Made by a program: the position numbers and the translations under genes
In this document: positions 18,762 to 27,579 of the stretch, in pieces
How the letters are laid out: each line of letters begins with the position of its first letter
Position numbering within the stretch: position 1 is the stretch's first letter
NCBI GenBank assembly: GCA_963727455.1
Contig: CAVSGG010000017.1
Location: 32,001 to 96,000 of the forward strand
DNA: 64,000 nucleotides
Reading direction: 5' to 3'
DNA from: Candidatus Krumholzibacteriota bacterium
GTDB lineage: Bacteria > Krumholzibacteriota > Krumholzibacteriia > JAJRXK01
Notes under the pieces: generated by a model
What the model was told of the DNA's origin: nothing
The model's database searches: none
Seen by the model: the letters and a program-made list of their open reading frames with translations, nothing else

Positions 18762-21700
18762 TTGCGAATTCTCAAACTCCGGTGGGAACCGACATTGAGC
18801 AAAGCCGAGAAGCTGAGCAGTCGGGCTGCGCCCTCCTCTGCGGGGCGGCCCCTCTTGGCGTTGATCTGCGCCCTCTTGGCCCTTTTCGCGGGAGCTGCCG
18901 CGCACGGGGAGGAGCTCGCTCGCTTCACCCCTCTCTTACCTCCGGAGTCCCTGGCCAAGAGCTCCTGGATCGCCTCCAGTCCCGAACAGGCGGAAGGGGA
19001 GCTGGACGAGCTCACCGCCCGCACCGCCACTCAGCCCCAGCGACTGGAAAACTGGACCCACGCGACCATTCTGCAGTTGATTCTGCGTCGCCCCTTGGCG
19101 GCGCTGCGAACTCTGAAGCGGGCACAGAACTTCTCCTGGTCCCCCGAGGGGAAGCTGCAACTGGATTTCCTGGAAGCCGCGGCACAACTCGCGGTGGAGC
19201 CTCTGGAAATCGATGCCTTGGTGGGAGAGGATCACCTGGCCCGGGCCCGCGAGATTTTCCAGGAGCTGAAAAGACACCCTGAAACGGAGCTGCCTGCGAG
19301 CTTCGGGCTCGCCTGGATCGCATGCGAGATGGGCCACCCTGCGGCGGCACAGGAACTTCTCGACTCCACACGCGAACTTCCACTACAGGCCAGACAGCGA
19401 CTCTGGGAAGCCATGGTCCGCGCCTGTGGATCCACCATGGACAGCTGGCTACCGCATTTCAAGCGCGCGCTCGAGCAGAACGACCGTGCTCGACTCTCCG
19501 CCGCCGCTCGCCTGGCGCCCGGTCCCTTGCTCCTCCACTTGCAGCAAGCTCTCGACGATCCGATCGAGGAGGGGCTTGCGCTGGGCAAGGGGGGGAAAGC
19601 GGTAGATTTCTCCGCGGTCGACTCCCTTCTGAATCGAGTGAAGGAACCATTTCCCGGCGCCTATGCCGGCGTGCGCAAGCGCATGAGGAGTATCAGGGAG
19701 CTCGATCGGCAGGAAGGATCCCTTGCCCTGAGACTGGTGAAGGAGCTGCATCGTTTCGATAGCACATTCGGAAATCTGGATCTCCCCTGGGAGGAGCGCT
19801 GCCAGAGGGCCGTCCAAGTCTCGACGGGCAAGGCCGACACCTGCGAGGCCATGGGTCTCTGGTACCTCGCGGGGCGCTGGCACTGGGGTCGCGGCTACGC
19901 GCAAGCGCAGCTCGGGCATCCTCTGCAGCAATTGAGCGAGTACGAAGCCGCGCTCGAAGCGGCCAAGAAGCTGGATGATGCAGCCTATCTCTCCAAGACC
20001 GCGTTCAACCTCTTCATGGTGTGCGACGAGACCGCGAAGCAGGCGCAGCGCTTGGAGCTGCTACCCATGTTGGTGGAGCTTGCCGAGAGGACGGGAGTTT
20101 CGGTCGCGGAAGTTCTGATTGCAGAAGGCCGGGCCTACGAAGACCTCGGTGATCTGAAGAGGGCCTGGCGGCTCACGACCCACGCCTACCGTGAGAGCCG
20201 GCGTCGCGGCGCTCCCTACACTTCGATCAGCGCGCTTTCCAATTTGGCGTGGTTGGCGTTCCGTCAGAGCGAGAATCAGAAGGTGCAGCGTTACGCGCGT
20301 GAAATCCTCATGAGGACAGAGCCGGAGAATCTCCCCAAGAATCTTCCATCGTATAGAGAGACTATTTCCGCGATGCGGACCTGGGCCATGTTGGACCTGG
20401 GCCGGGCTCTGCCTTCGAATGATCCCCAGCGGCTGAAGTGGTACGAGAAGGCCGAAAAATCGGCGCGAGGTCAGGAACAGTACGCTCAGCTTCTTCATAT
20501 CCGCCTGGCTCGGGCTGAGGAGTTCTTGGCCGAGACGGATCTCGATGCCGCGCGGAAGTCGCTTCGCTCTGCCCGTACGCTCGCCCGCAAGAACGACTAT
20601 CGGTACGGTCTTTGGCGAATCGATGCTCTCCAGGCGCGTTACGAGAGTTTGCAGGGCGATTATTCCGCGGCGGCGCGCAGCTACGAGGCCGCCCTTTCGG
20701 GTCTGGAGGGAATCAGCGAACACATCAACGACGCCGAGCATCGCGCGAGTTTTCTCTTACCGGCCTCCGAAGTTTTCGAGGAGACAATCTCGCTCTTGCG
20801 AGGCCCGCTCCACGAACCTGGCGCGGCATACGCGGTCGACGAGCGCGCGCGGGCTCGGGCCCTCCTGCAGAAAGTCAGCGGGCGTGTCAACGGTTCCGAG
20901 CTTCGCAGCGCCGCGGAGGTGCAATCCAGCCTGAAGCACGACCAGGTTCTCCTTCAGTATCGCGTCCACGGGAAGGGCATCGATCTGTGGATACTCTGCT
21001 CCACGCAGCTCCGCTTCGTGGAAATCACCCAGAACGCCGATGAACTCGCGCAAAAAATCTCCCAGTGGCGTGAGGGTATCGAACGAGGTCTGCGGACCGA
21101 GCTGGGGGCACAGCTCGGTTCCCTCCTTCTGGGTCCGGCGGCCGGCGAACTGGCAGCTTGTGAGCACTTGATCATCGTCGCCAACGCACCATTGAGCCGC
21201 GTACCCTTCGCGCTCTTGAAACTGGATGGGCAGTACTTGCTTCAGCGCCACGCCGTTTCCTACGAACTCAGCGGCAGTATTCGCTGCGCCTTGCGAAACA
21301 GAAGGGCGCTTCAAGGAGACGAGAGGCTGCTCGCGGTGGGCTACGATGGGGGCAGCGCGGCGCGAAGTCTGCGACTGCCGGAGCTGCCCTTTGCGGAAGC
21401 CGAGGCCAGGATGGTGGAGGTGACCGCGCCTGCCGGACGACTTCTCTTGGGAAGGAGCGCCACGGCGGACAGCGTCGCCGCCCTGCTTCCCGGCGTGGGA
21501 GTTCTCCATCTGGCGACTCACGCCGGTCTCGACGAGTTCGGCGAGCCCTTCATCTTGCTGGCGCCGCAAGGGGGCGGCGCCGGTCTGATGCGCGAAGAGC
21601 AACTTTCGGCGTGGCCGTTGACGGACGTCTCTCTGGTTACCCTGGCTGGCTGTGAGACCGCGCAGCTCGGCTCCACGGAAGTGCAGGGCGATCTCTCTTC

Positions 21701-21923
21701 GTTGGGAGCCTCTATCTTCGCAGGGGGAAGTCGGGATCTAATTGCGTCTTTATGGAGTGTGGGGGACGACTCGACCATGAAACTGATGGTATCGTTCTAT
21801 CATGAACTTTTCGAGTCGCGCCGTCCTCCCGTGCAGGCGCTCCGCCACGCTCAATTGGAATTGGCACGGACCAATGGGACTCTCGAACGTGAATGGGGTG
21901 CGTTCTGCTTGTTCGGCCCATGA
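18762..21923 (+). CDS. TPR-CHAT domain (caspase-like, clan CD) protease with N-terminal signal/anchor
   Basis: ERARARALL, LSRVPFALL, LPFAEAEA, VLHLATH (His), LVTLAGCET (Cys), IASLWSVGD, ALRHAQL, WGAF; long helical TPR region; start may be TTG 18795. Confidence 0.92.
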   Translation: MRILKLRWEPTLSKAEKLSSRAAPSSAGRPLLALICALLALFAGAAAHGEELARFTPLLPPESLAKSSWIASSPEQAEGELDELTARTATQPQRLENWTHATILQLILRRPLAALRTLKRAQNFSWSPEGKLQLDFLEAAAQLAVEPLEIDALVGEDHLARAREIFQELKRHPETELPASFGLAWIACEMGHPAAAQELLDSTRELPLQARQRLWEAMVRACGSTMDSWLPHFKRALEQNDRARLSAAARLAPGPLLLHLQQALDDPIEEGLALGKGGKAVDFSAVDSLLNRVKEPFPGAYAGVRKRMRSIRELDRQEGSLALRLVKELHRFDSTFGNLDLPWEERCQRAVQVSTGKADTCEAMGLWYLAGRWHWGRGYAQAQLGHPLQQLSEYEAALEAAKKLDDAAYLSKTAFNLFMVCDETAKQAQRLELLPMLVELAERTGVSVAEVLIAEGRAYEDLGDLKRAWRLTTHAYRESRRRGAPYTSISALSNLAWLAFRQSENQKVQRYAREILMRTEPENLPKNLPSYRETISAMRTWAMLDLGRALPSNDPQRLKWYEKAEKSARGQEQYAQLLHIRLARAEEFLAETDLDAARKSLRSARTLARKNDYRYGLWRIDALQARYESLQGDYSAAARSYEAALSGLEGISEHINDAEHRASFLLPASEVFEETISLLRGPLHEPGAAYAVDERARARALLQKVSGRVNGSELRSAAEVQSSLKHDQVLLQYRVHGKGIDLWILCSTQLRFVEITQNADELAQKISQWREGIERGLRTELGAQLGSLLLGPAAGELAACEHLIIVANAPLSRVPFALLKLDGQYLLQRHAVSYELSGSIRCALRNRRALQGDERLLAVGYDGGSAARSLRLPELPFAEAEARMVEVTAPAGRLLLGRSATADSVAALLPGVGVLHLATHAGLDEFGEPFILLAPQGGGAGLMREEQLSAWPLTDVSLVTLAGCETAQLGSTEVQGDLSSLGASIFAGGSRDLIASLWSVGDDSTMKLMVSFYHELFESRRPPVQALRHAQLELARTNGTLEREWGAFCLFGP

Positions 21924-21946
21924 TTTCTCGTTTCAGGAGGTGCCTG

Positions 21947-22612
21947 GTGAGTCATTTCAAAGTCAGCAATCCAAGTCGCAAGAATCCTCAGATAGATGAC
22001 GCCATCCAAGGTGCCAGTCTCTCGGTTCGAAGCGGCAAAATGTCCTTCATCCAATACGGTTTTCTTCAAGATCCTGGTCCGGAAGTAGAGGGCCATTTTG
22101 ACCCAAAGCGAGTGGTCCTCCTCGTATTGAATGATTCCAAGAATGTTCAATACGAAATCGAGGGCGCCGAGAGTACGCGCGCATTAGGCCCTCACGGGGA
22201 AGACCATGTCATCATTCTGTGGCCAAAGAGCATGGAAGGGCCGCCTCCCAAAGCGCTCTCACCGAAGCATCTTTTCGGGTATCACCTGGAAGACGCCCGA
22301 AAAACGGGCCCGAGGGATTGGCCGCGTGAGTCGTTCAGGGGGAAAGACGGCCAAGGCCAGTGGAATTCAGCTTTGGTCTACTACGATCCCTCGGGAAGCT
22401 ACGGCTACTACTACAATACGGGGCCGGGAAAATGCACCGATGACTACCGCTTCGTACTCAAGTCCGAGGAACTCATTGCTTGGGTGTGGGAGAGCGAGGC
22501 GGACGAGCCAAGGCATCTGCTCGAGGACGGAGAGACCGTCAAGAACGCCCTAGAAGCGCAAGCCGGTGGTTCCCAGGGCGAGGGAGGAGCGCTGCCCTAT
22601 CCTCCGGGCTAG
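21947..22612 (+). CDS. Hypothetical protein in the CHAT operon
   Basis: AGGAGG then GTG at 21947; fills the gap between CHAT and S8 genes; no recognisable motif. Confidence 0.7.
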   Translation: MSHFKVSNPSRKNPQIDDAIQGASLSVRSGKMSFIQYGFLQDPGPEVEGHFDPKRVVLLVLNDSKNVQYEIEGAESTRALGPHGEDHVIILWPKSMEGPPPKALSPKHLFGYHLEDARKTGPRDWPRESFRGKDGQGQWNSALVYYDPSGSYGYYYNTGPGKCTDDYRFVLKSEELIAWVWESEADEPRHLLEDGETVKNALEAQAGGSQGEGGALPYPPG

Positions 22613-22621
22613 GAATGAGCC

Positions 22622-24007
22622 GTGTCTCTGTACTCGTCTGACGGCAAGGCGGCGTTGCTGGTCCAGGGAGCTTGGCCCTCGCCGGTGACGCTGCCTCTTC
22701 TTGCCTCTGCGGACCAACGGAATGCACTCTGGGTTCAGAGTGAGGAACTCAGCGCACGCATTGAAGGCGAGTTTCCCGAGGTGCAAGTCCTGGGCGCCTG
22801 TACTCTCGCACCCCTTCTCTTGCTGCGTTGCGACGAAGAACAATGCGCGGGCATCCTCGAGGAACTCTCGCGCTGGCCACAGATCGAACGAGCGGAGGAG
22901 ACGCTTCCCGAAGAGGAAGGCGCGCTCCTTCAGCCTGTGAAGATCCCCGTCCTCGAGGAGGCGAAGGCCTGCATTGCCGGCTTTGCCGAGCTAGGCAATC
23001 CGCTCCTCGTGGAACTCGTATCCAACAAAGGCTGGGAGAGACTTCGAGACGCTCTTCGCCGAGCTCCTGGCAGCGATGGTCCTGAAAGCTCGCATGCGGA
23101 TTCCGTCCTGGCTGCCTTCCTCGAGACCCTGGGGCCAGAGCGCACCCCCCGATGCATTTTCGAGAGTCTGGGGCGTGGCGCGGGCCCCTTTGCATGGCTG
23201 GCGGCGATCGATCGACTCCTCTGTCGAGGGGCGAGCGTGATCAACTTGAGCTACGGCCGCTTGCCGATCGAACGCGAATTGGGCTGGAACGGATTGGAAT
23301 GGGGTACCCAGCTCCTCTGTCAGGGGAGTGGCCGGACAATCGTGGCAGCTGCGGGACGGGTCAACGAAGGCCTCAGCCTGGGAGATGCGCTGTACCTCCC
23401 GGCCTCTGTGCCGCAGGTGTTGGCCGCCGCCGATGAGCTGCGAGTGCAAGCCACCGGCTCAGAGCGGGAGGCCACAAAAGTTCTTCTAGCGTCGCAGTGC
23501 AATCCGCTCGAGGGCCGCTGGGGCTCCTCCTTCTCTGCTCCGCGGATCAGTGGACTGGCGGTGCGGGCCTACGATGATCTGCCGCGCGAGGCAAGGAAGC
23601 ACGAATCGGTTCTTTCCCTCCTTCTGGCCTCGGCCAGACCGTCCGGAACGTCGAGCCCCGGCTTTCCCGACTCGAAGCGGCTGTCCCAGATGATAGCGCG
23701 GGAAGACTATCGTCGTGGTCGGAACGAAGAACGAGCTGTGCTCCCGATCACTTCGGGCTTGCCGTTACGGCTCGCTCTCAGTTGGAGAGACAGCGATCTC
23801 GACCCGGATCTTTCCGTCTCCGCGGATCGAGACCAATCGCTTCTCCGACGGACCGGACAGTGGATGGTGATGGATTACCTCCCGACCAGCTCCAGAATCG
23901 AACTACGGGGTTTGTCAGGCCCTTGGTCCCTCGCCTGGCACCCCCTGAGCCCGGAGGAGTTCGCGATCTCGAAAGATGGATTGGGAAGCGTTGGAAAAGA
24001 GGCCTGA
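22622..24007 (+). CDS. Divergent S8 (subtilisin-like) serine peptidase homolog
   Basis: HADSV (His), VINLSYG, IVAAAG, YLPASVPQVLA, GSSFSAPRISGLA (Ser); propeptide-like N-terminus; PLRLALSWRD C-terminal beta domain. Confidence 0.78.
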   Translation: MSLYSSDGKAALLVQGAWPSPVTLPLLASADQRNALWVQSEELSARIEGEFPEVQVLGACTLAPLLLLRCDEEQCAGILEELSRWPQIERAEETLPEEEGALLQPVKIPVLEEAKACIAGFAELGNPLLVELVSNKGWERLRDALRRAPGSDGPESSHADSVLAAFLETLGPERTPRCIFESLGRGAGPFAWLAAIDRLLCRGASVINLSYGRLPIERELGWNGLEWGTQLLCQGSGRTIVAAAGRVNEGLSLGDALYLPASVPQVLAAADELRVQATGSEREATKVLLASQCNPLEGRWGSSFSAPRISGLAVRAYDDLPREARKHESVLSLLLASARPSGTSSPGFPDSKRLSQMIAREDYRRGRNEERAVLPITSGLPLRLALSWRDSDLDPDLSVSADRDQSLLRRTGQWMVMDYLPTSSRIELRGLSGPWSLAWHPLSPEEFAISKDGLGSVGKEA

Positions 24008-24106
24008 ATCGCCTCCAGCGAATCTCTTTCCCGCGTCCTGCAATCTGGACTTTTCTCACCGGCCAAAGCGCATCATATTCACCTGAGCCTAAAGCAGGGA
24101 GTCATC

Positions 24107-25129
24107 ATGGTGCGCAAGCCGGTTGTTCTGATAACGGGAGCCAACGGGGAGATCGGTCACGGACTGATCGAGAGAATGGCCGCAGACGGGAAGAAGGACG
24201 TCCTTGCGATCGATCTTCTGCCCCTCGATGACACTCTGCGTTCCTATTGCCACGATGCATTTGTGGGCAGCATCCTCGATTCCCATCTGAGTGAGCGCAT
24301 CGTCAGCCAATACGAAGTGGTGGAGATCTATCACCTGGCAGCCCTCCTCTCCACGCGAGCGGAGTTTACGCCGGAGACGGCACACCAGGTGAACGTCGAG
24401 GGCACCCTCGGGCTTCTCCAGCTCGCCCTGGAACAGTCGAGTTGGCGCGGGGAAGCGGTGAAGTTTCTCTTTCCCAGCTCCATCGCCGTCTATGGACTTC
24501 CGGACTCAAAGACCAAGAAGCGTGCGGGACGCGTGAAGGAGCACGAGTGGATCGCGCCGACCACCATGTATGGTTGTAACAAACTCTATTGCGAGGCCCT
24601 GGGCCGCTATTTTTCGCGCTACTACCGCCAGCTCGCTTCCGAGCCCGACCAACGCACCGTGGACTTTCGGAGCATTCGTTTCCCCGGACTCATTTCCGCA
24701 GTCACTCTGCCCAGCGGAGGAACCAGCGATTTTGCCCCGGAGATGCTCCACGCCGCCGCGAAGGGCGAACCCTACGCGTGCTTCGTGCGCGAAGATACGC
24801 AAATTCCCTTCATGGCCATGCCCGACGCGGTCGACGCCATCCTGAGCCTGACGGAGGCTCCGCGGGAGAGTCTGCGGCATTCGGTGTACAACATCGGCTC
24901 CTTCGCGCTCACGGCCGGCGAACTGGCCGCGACGGTGCGCAAGCACTACGCGGGCGCGGACATCAGCTTCGCCCCCGACCTGAAGCGACAGGGGATCGTG
25001 GATACCTGGCCCATGGACGTCAACGACGACGCGGCGCGCGAGGACTGGGGTTTCTCGCCCCGCTACGATCTCGATCGAGCGTTCACCGAATATCTCGTTC
25101 CCGCGATGCGCGAGCGCTACGCGGGCTGA
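24107..25129 (+). CDS. Extended SDR, L-threonine 3-dehydrogenase-like
   Basis: TGANGEIG, YHLAALLS, PSSIAVYG, YGCNK, GGTSD. Confidence 0.88.
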   Translation: MVRKPVVLITGANGEIGHGLIERMAADGKKDVLAIDLLPLDDTLRSYCHDAFVGSILDSHLSERIVSQYEVVEIYHLAALLSTRAEFTPETAHQVNVEGTLGLLQLALEQSSWRGEAVKFLFPSSIAVYGLPDSKTKKRAGRVKEHEWIAPTTMYGCNKLYCEALGRYFSRYYRQLASEPDQRTVDFRSIRFPGLISAVTLPSGGTSDFAPEMLHAAAKGEPYACFVREDTQIPFMAMPDAVDAILSLTEAPRESLRHSVYNIGSFALTAGELAATVRKHYAGADISFAPDLKRQGIVDTWPMDVNDDAAREDWGFSPRYDLDRAFTEYLVPAMRERYAG

Positions 25130-25242
25130 GATCCCAGCACGAGAACTCGAAACTGTCGCCCGGCCTTTCCGCTGCCTACTTTGGAGCGCGCGCGAGTGCG
25201 CCCCTTGAGCATCGTATTGGAAGATTCGCCAGGAGGAATGTG

Positions 25243-26715
25243 ATGAGTGTCTCGGTCTTCGAGAAACTAAAGCCCGCTCTCATTTGGAAACACTTCGAAG
25301 CTCTGACGAGCATTCGGCGCCCCTCCGGCGAAGAGGAGCAAGCGCAGGAATATGTACGGAATTGGGCCCGGGAACATGACTTCGCGCTGCAGGAAGATGC
25401 CACCGGCAATCTGGTGGTGAGGGTGCCGGCGAGCCCGGGCAAGGAGAAGGCCCCGGTGGTGATCATCCAGGGTCATCTCGACATGGTCTGCGAGCGAAAT
25501 TCGGACAGCCCCTACGATTCCTTCGCGGGCAAGCTCCATCTCTTGCGCGAGGACGACTGGATCACGGCGGACGGCACCACACTGGGCGCCGACAACGGTA
25601 TCGGTGTTTGTGCGGGGATGGCAGTGGCGGAGGACCCCGCGGTCGAGCACGGTCCGCTCGAATTGCTGTACACCATCGACGAAGAGACGGGAATGACGGG
25701 CGCGCGGGGACTCTCGACCGAGATTTTGAGCGGTAAGCTGATGCTCAACCTGGATTCGGAAGACGACGACCTGATCTTCGTGGGTTGCTCGGGCGGGAAG
25801 GACACGCAGTATCGTTTGCCCATTACCCGCGAAAAAGTGCCCGCAGGACAGCTGGCAAGAAAGCTGAGCATCGCCGGGCTCAACGGCGGGCACTCCGGCT
25901 TGGATATCAACCGCAATCGCCTGAATGCGATCAAGGCCCTCGTCCAAATCCTCCACGAAAGTAGCAAGAGCGCAGCGTTCGAGTTAATACACATCGAAGG
26001 CGGTAAGATGCGCAACGCCATACCACGCGAAGCGCATGCCCTCCTCGCGCTGGATGCAGCGCAGGAAAATTCCCTGCGGCAAGCGGTGGAGACGGCGGCC
26101 ACTGAGCTGCGCGGGCAGTACGAGAAACTCGAGCCCGGCTTCGGCGTGCAGTTGGAGATGGTGGGCGAAGAGCTTCTTCAAGAGGGAGTCCTCCCGCGTG
26201 AGCTGAAGGAGCGCTTGCTCGCATTTCTTTTGGCGATTCCTAGCGGGGTGGTGGCGATGAGCCAGGACATCGAGGGTTTGGTCGAAACCTCCACCAACCT
26301 GGGAGTGCTGAAGACCGGCGCGAAGGCAGTGGAGGCCGTATCCTGCTCGCGCTCCTCGGTGGCGCCCGCACTGAAGACGGTGCTCGGACAATTGGCCGCC
26401 ATCGCGCGCCTGGCTGGCGTGGAAATCGAGGAAGTCGGCGGCTATCCGGGATGGAAGCCGGACATGGATTCCGTCGCCCTGAAGACGGTGAAAGAGAGCT
26501 ATCAGAAGCTCTTCGGAGAGGCCCCCCAAGTCACTGCCATCCACGCGGGGCTGGAATGTGGACTCATCGGTGAGCACCTACCCGGGATCGACATGGTCTC
26601 CTTCGGTCCCTCGATCCAGGGGGCCCACTCGCCCAACGAGCGGGTGAGCATCGCCTCGGTCCAGAAGTTCTACCGGCTGTTGAGCGAAGCGCTGAAGGAA
26701 TTGGCCAAGAGCTGA
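25243..26715 (+). CDS. pepD: Aminoacyl-histidine dipeptidase (M20)
   Basis: QGHLDMV, TTLGADNGIG, DEETG, NLDSED, GGHSG, IHAGLECG, AHSPNE; AGGAGG RBS. Confidence 0.93.
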   Translation: MSVSVFEKLKPALIWKHFEALTSIRRPSGEEEQAQEYVRNWAREHDFALQEDATGNLVVRVPASPGKEKAPVVIIQGHLDMVCERNSDSPYDSFAGKLHLLREDDWITADGTTLGADNGIGVCAGMAVAEDPAVEHGPLELLYTIDEETGMTGARGLSTEILSGKLMLNLDSEDDDLIFVGCSGGKDTQYRLPITREKVPAGQLARKLSIAGLNGGHSGLDINRNRLNAIKALVQILHESSKSAAFELIHIEGGKMRNAIPREAHALLALDAAQENSLRQAVETAATELRGQYEKLEPGFGVQLEMVGEELLQEGVLPRELKERLLAFLLAIPSGVVAMSQDIEGLVETSTNLGVLKTGAKAVEAVSCSRSSVAPALKTVLGQLAAIARLAGVEIEEVGGYPGWKPDMDSVALKTVKESYQKLFGEAPQVTAIHAGLECGLIGEHLPGIDMVSFGPSIQGAHSPNERVSIASVQKFYRLLSEALKELAKS

Positions 26716-26753
26716 GCGGCCGGCGGGCGGACGCCGTGCTTGATTTTTTCCAT

Positions 26754-26773
26754 TTATGATCATATGTTCATAA
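26754..26773. promoter_or_regulatory. Palindromic operator candidate upstream of the DUF134 gene
   Basis: TTATGA-T-CATATG-T-TCATAA, 18 of 20 positions self-complementary, AT-rich island 21 nt before ATG 26795. Confidence 0.65.
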
Positions 26774-26794
26774 TTGTCACTTTCAGGAGAGTCC

Positions 26795-27217
26795 ATGCCC
26801 CGACCGCAGTCACCCCGCCGCATTTCTGAGGAACTGGCCGCCACGGTTTTCAAGCCGCGCGGGGTGCCGGTGGGGGAGCTGGAGACCCTCGAGCTCACTC
26901 TCGATGGACTCGAGGCGCTGCGCTTGGCCGATTTGGAAGGCCTCTATCAGGAGGAAGCGGCCCGGCGCATGGGGATTTCCCGCCCGACCTTCGCCCGTAT
27001 CGTGGCCGAGGCACGGCAGATCGTGGCCAGAGCTCTGCTGGAAGGCAAGGCCCTGACCGTACAGGGGGGGACGGTAGAGCGGGGCGCGCAGAAGGCGTGG
27101 CCCTGTCCCGTCCACGGACAAAGGCGACGGCGCGGACGCGGTTGCCGTTGCGAAGCGTTGCAATCTGGAGGCAAGAGACATGGAGACAAGTCGGCGGACG
27201 GTGGCGATCGCCAGTAA
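26795..27217 (+). CDS. DUF134 (UPF0251) HTH DNA-binding protein
   Basis: MPRP...FKPRG...EALRLADLEGLYQEEAARRMGISRPTF. Confidence 0.92.
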   Translation: MPRPQSPRRISEELAATVFKPRGVPVGELETLELTLDGLEALRLADLEGLYQEEAARRMGISRPTFARIVAEARQIVARALLEGKALTVQGGTVERGAQKAWPCPVHGQRRRRGRGCRCEALQSGGKRHGDKSADGGDRQ

Positions 27218-27566
27218 CGGCACCTTGGGACTCAAGGGCAGCGTCAGTCAGCACTTTGGTCACTGCCGCAGTTGGGTGTTCGTGGATCTCGAGGGAGACG
27301 AGATTCTCGAGGTGCGGACTCTCGCGAACCCTTTCGAGTACGAACACAGCTGTGCGGAGGTGGCGGAGTTTTTGTCCGAACAGGGAGCGAATGTAGTCTT
27401 GGCCGGAGGGCTCGGGCGCAACGCGCACGGCCATCTCCTGAGTCTTGGAATCGAGGCAGTGTCCGGATTCGGTGGTGGAGTAGAGGAGTGCTTGGGGTCG
27501 TGGTTGAGGGGAGAGACGCCGGGACCAGCCGTGTGTGAACATCACGGGCAAGGCGACCACCACTGA
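27180..27566 (+). CDS. NifB/NifX (dinitrogenase FeMo-cofactor) family small protein
   Basis: VSQHFGHC, ANVVLAGGLG, His/Cys-rich tail. Confidence 0.88.
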   Translation: METSRRTVAIASNGTLGLKGSVSQHFGHCRSWVFVDLEGDEILEVRTLANPFEYEHSCAEVAEFLSEQGANVVLAGGLGRNAHGHLLSLGIEAVSGFGGGVEECLGSWLRGETPGPAVCEHHGQGDHH

Positions 27567-27579
27567 TGCTGCTGGAAGC

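Noticed and set aside
16970-24007. Type III-E CRISPR (Craspase) locus
   Set aside because: No cas genes and no repeat-spacer array seen in the window; the similarity is only in the CHAT plus sigma logic.
24589-25242. N-terminal extension making PepD 708 aa
   Set aside because: Overlaps the SDR gene in another frame; the real start has an AGGAGG RBS at 25243.
27180-27566. Nitrogen fixation gene
   Set aside because: The NifB/NifX-like domain is widespread in non-diazotrophs and no nif genes are nearby.
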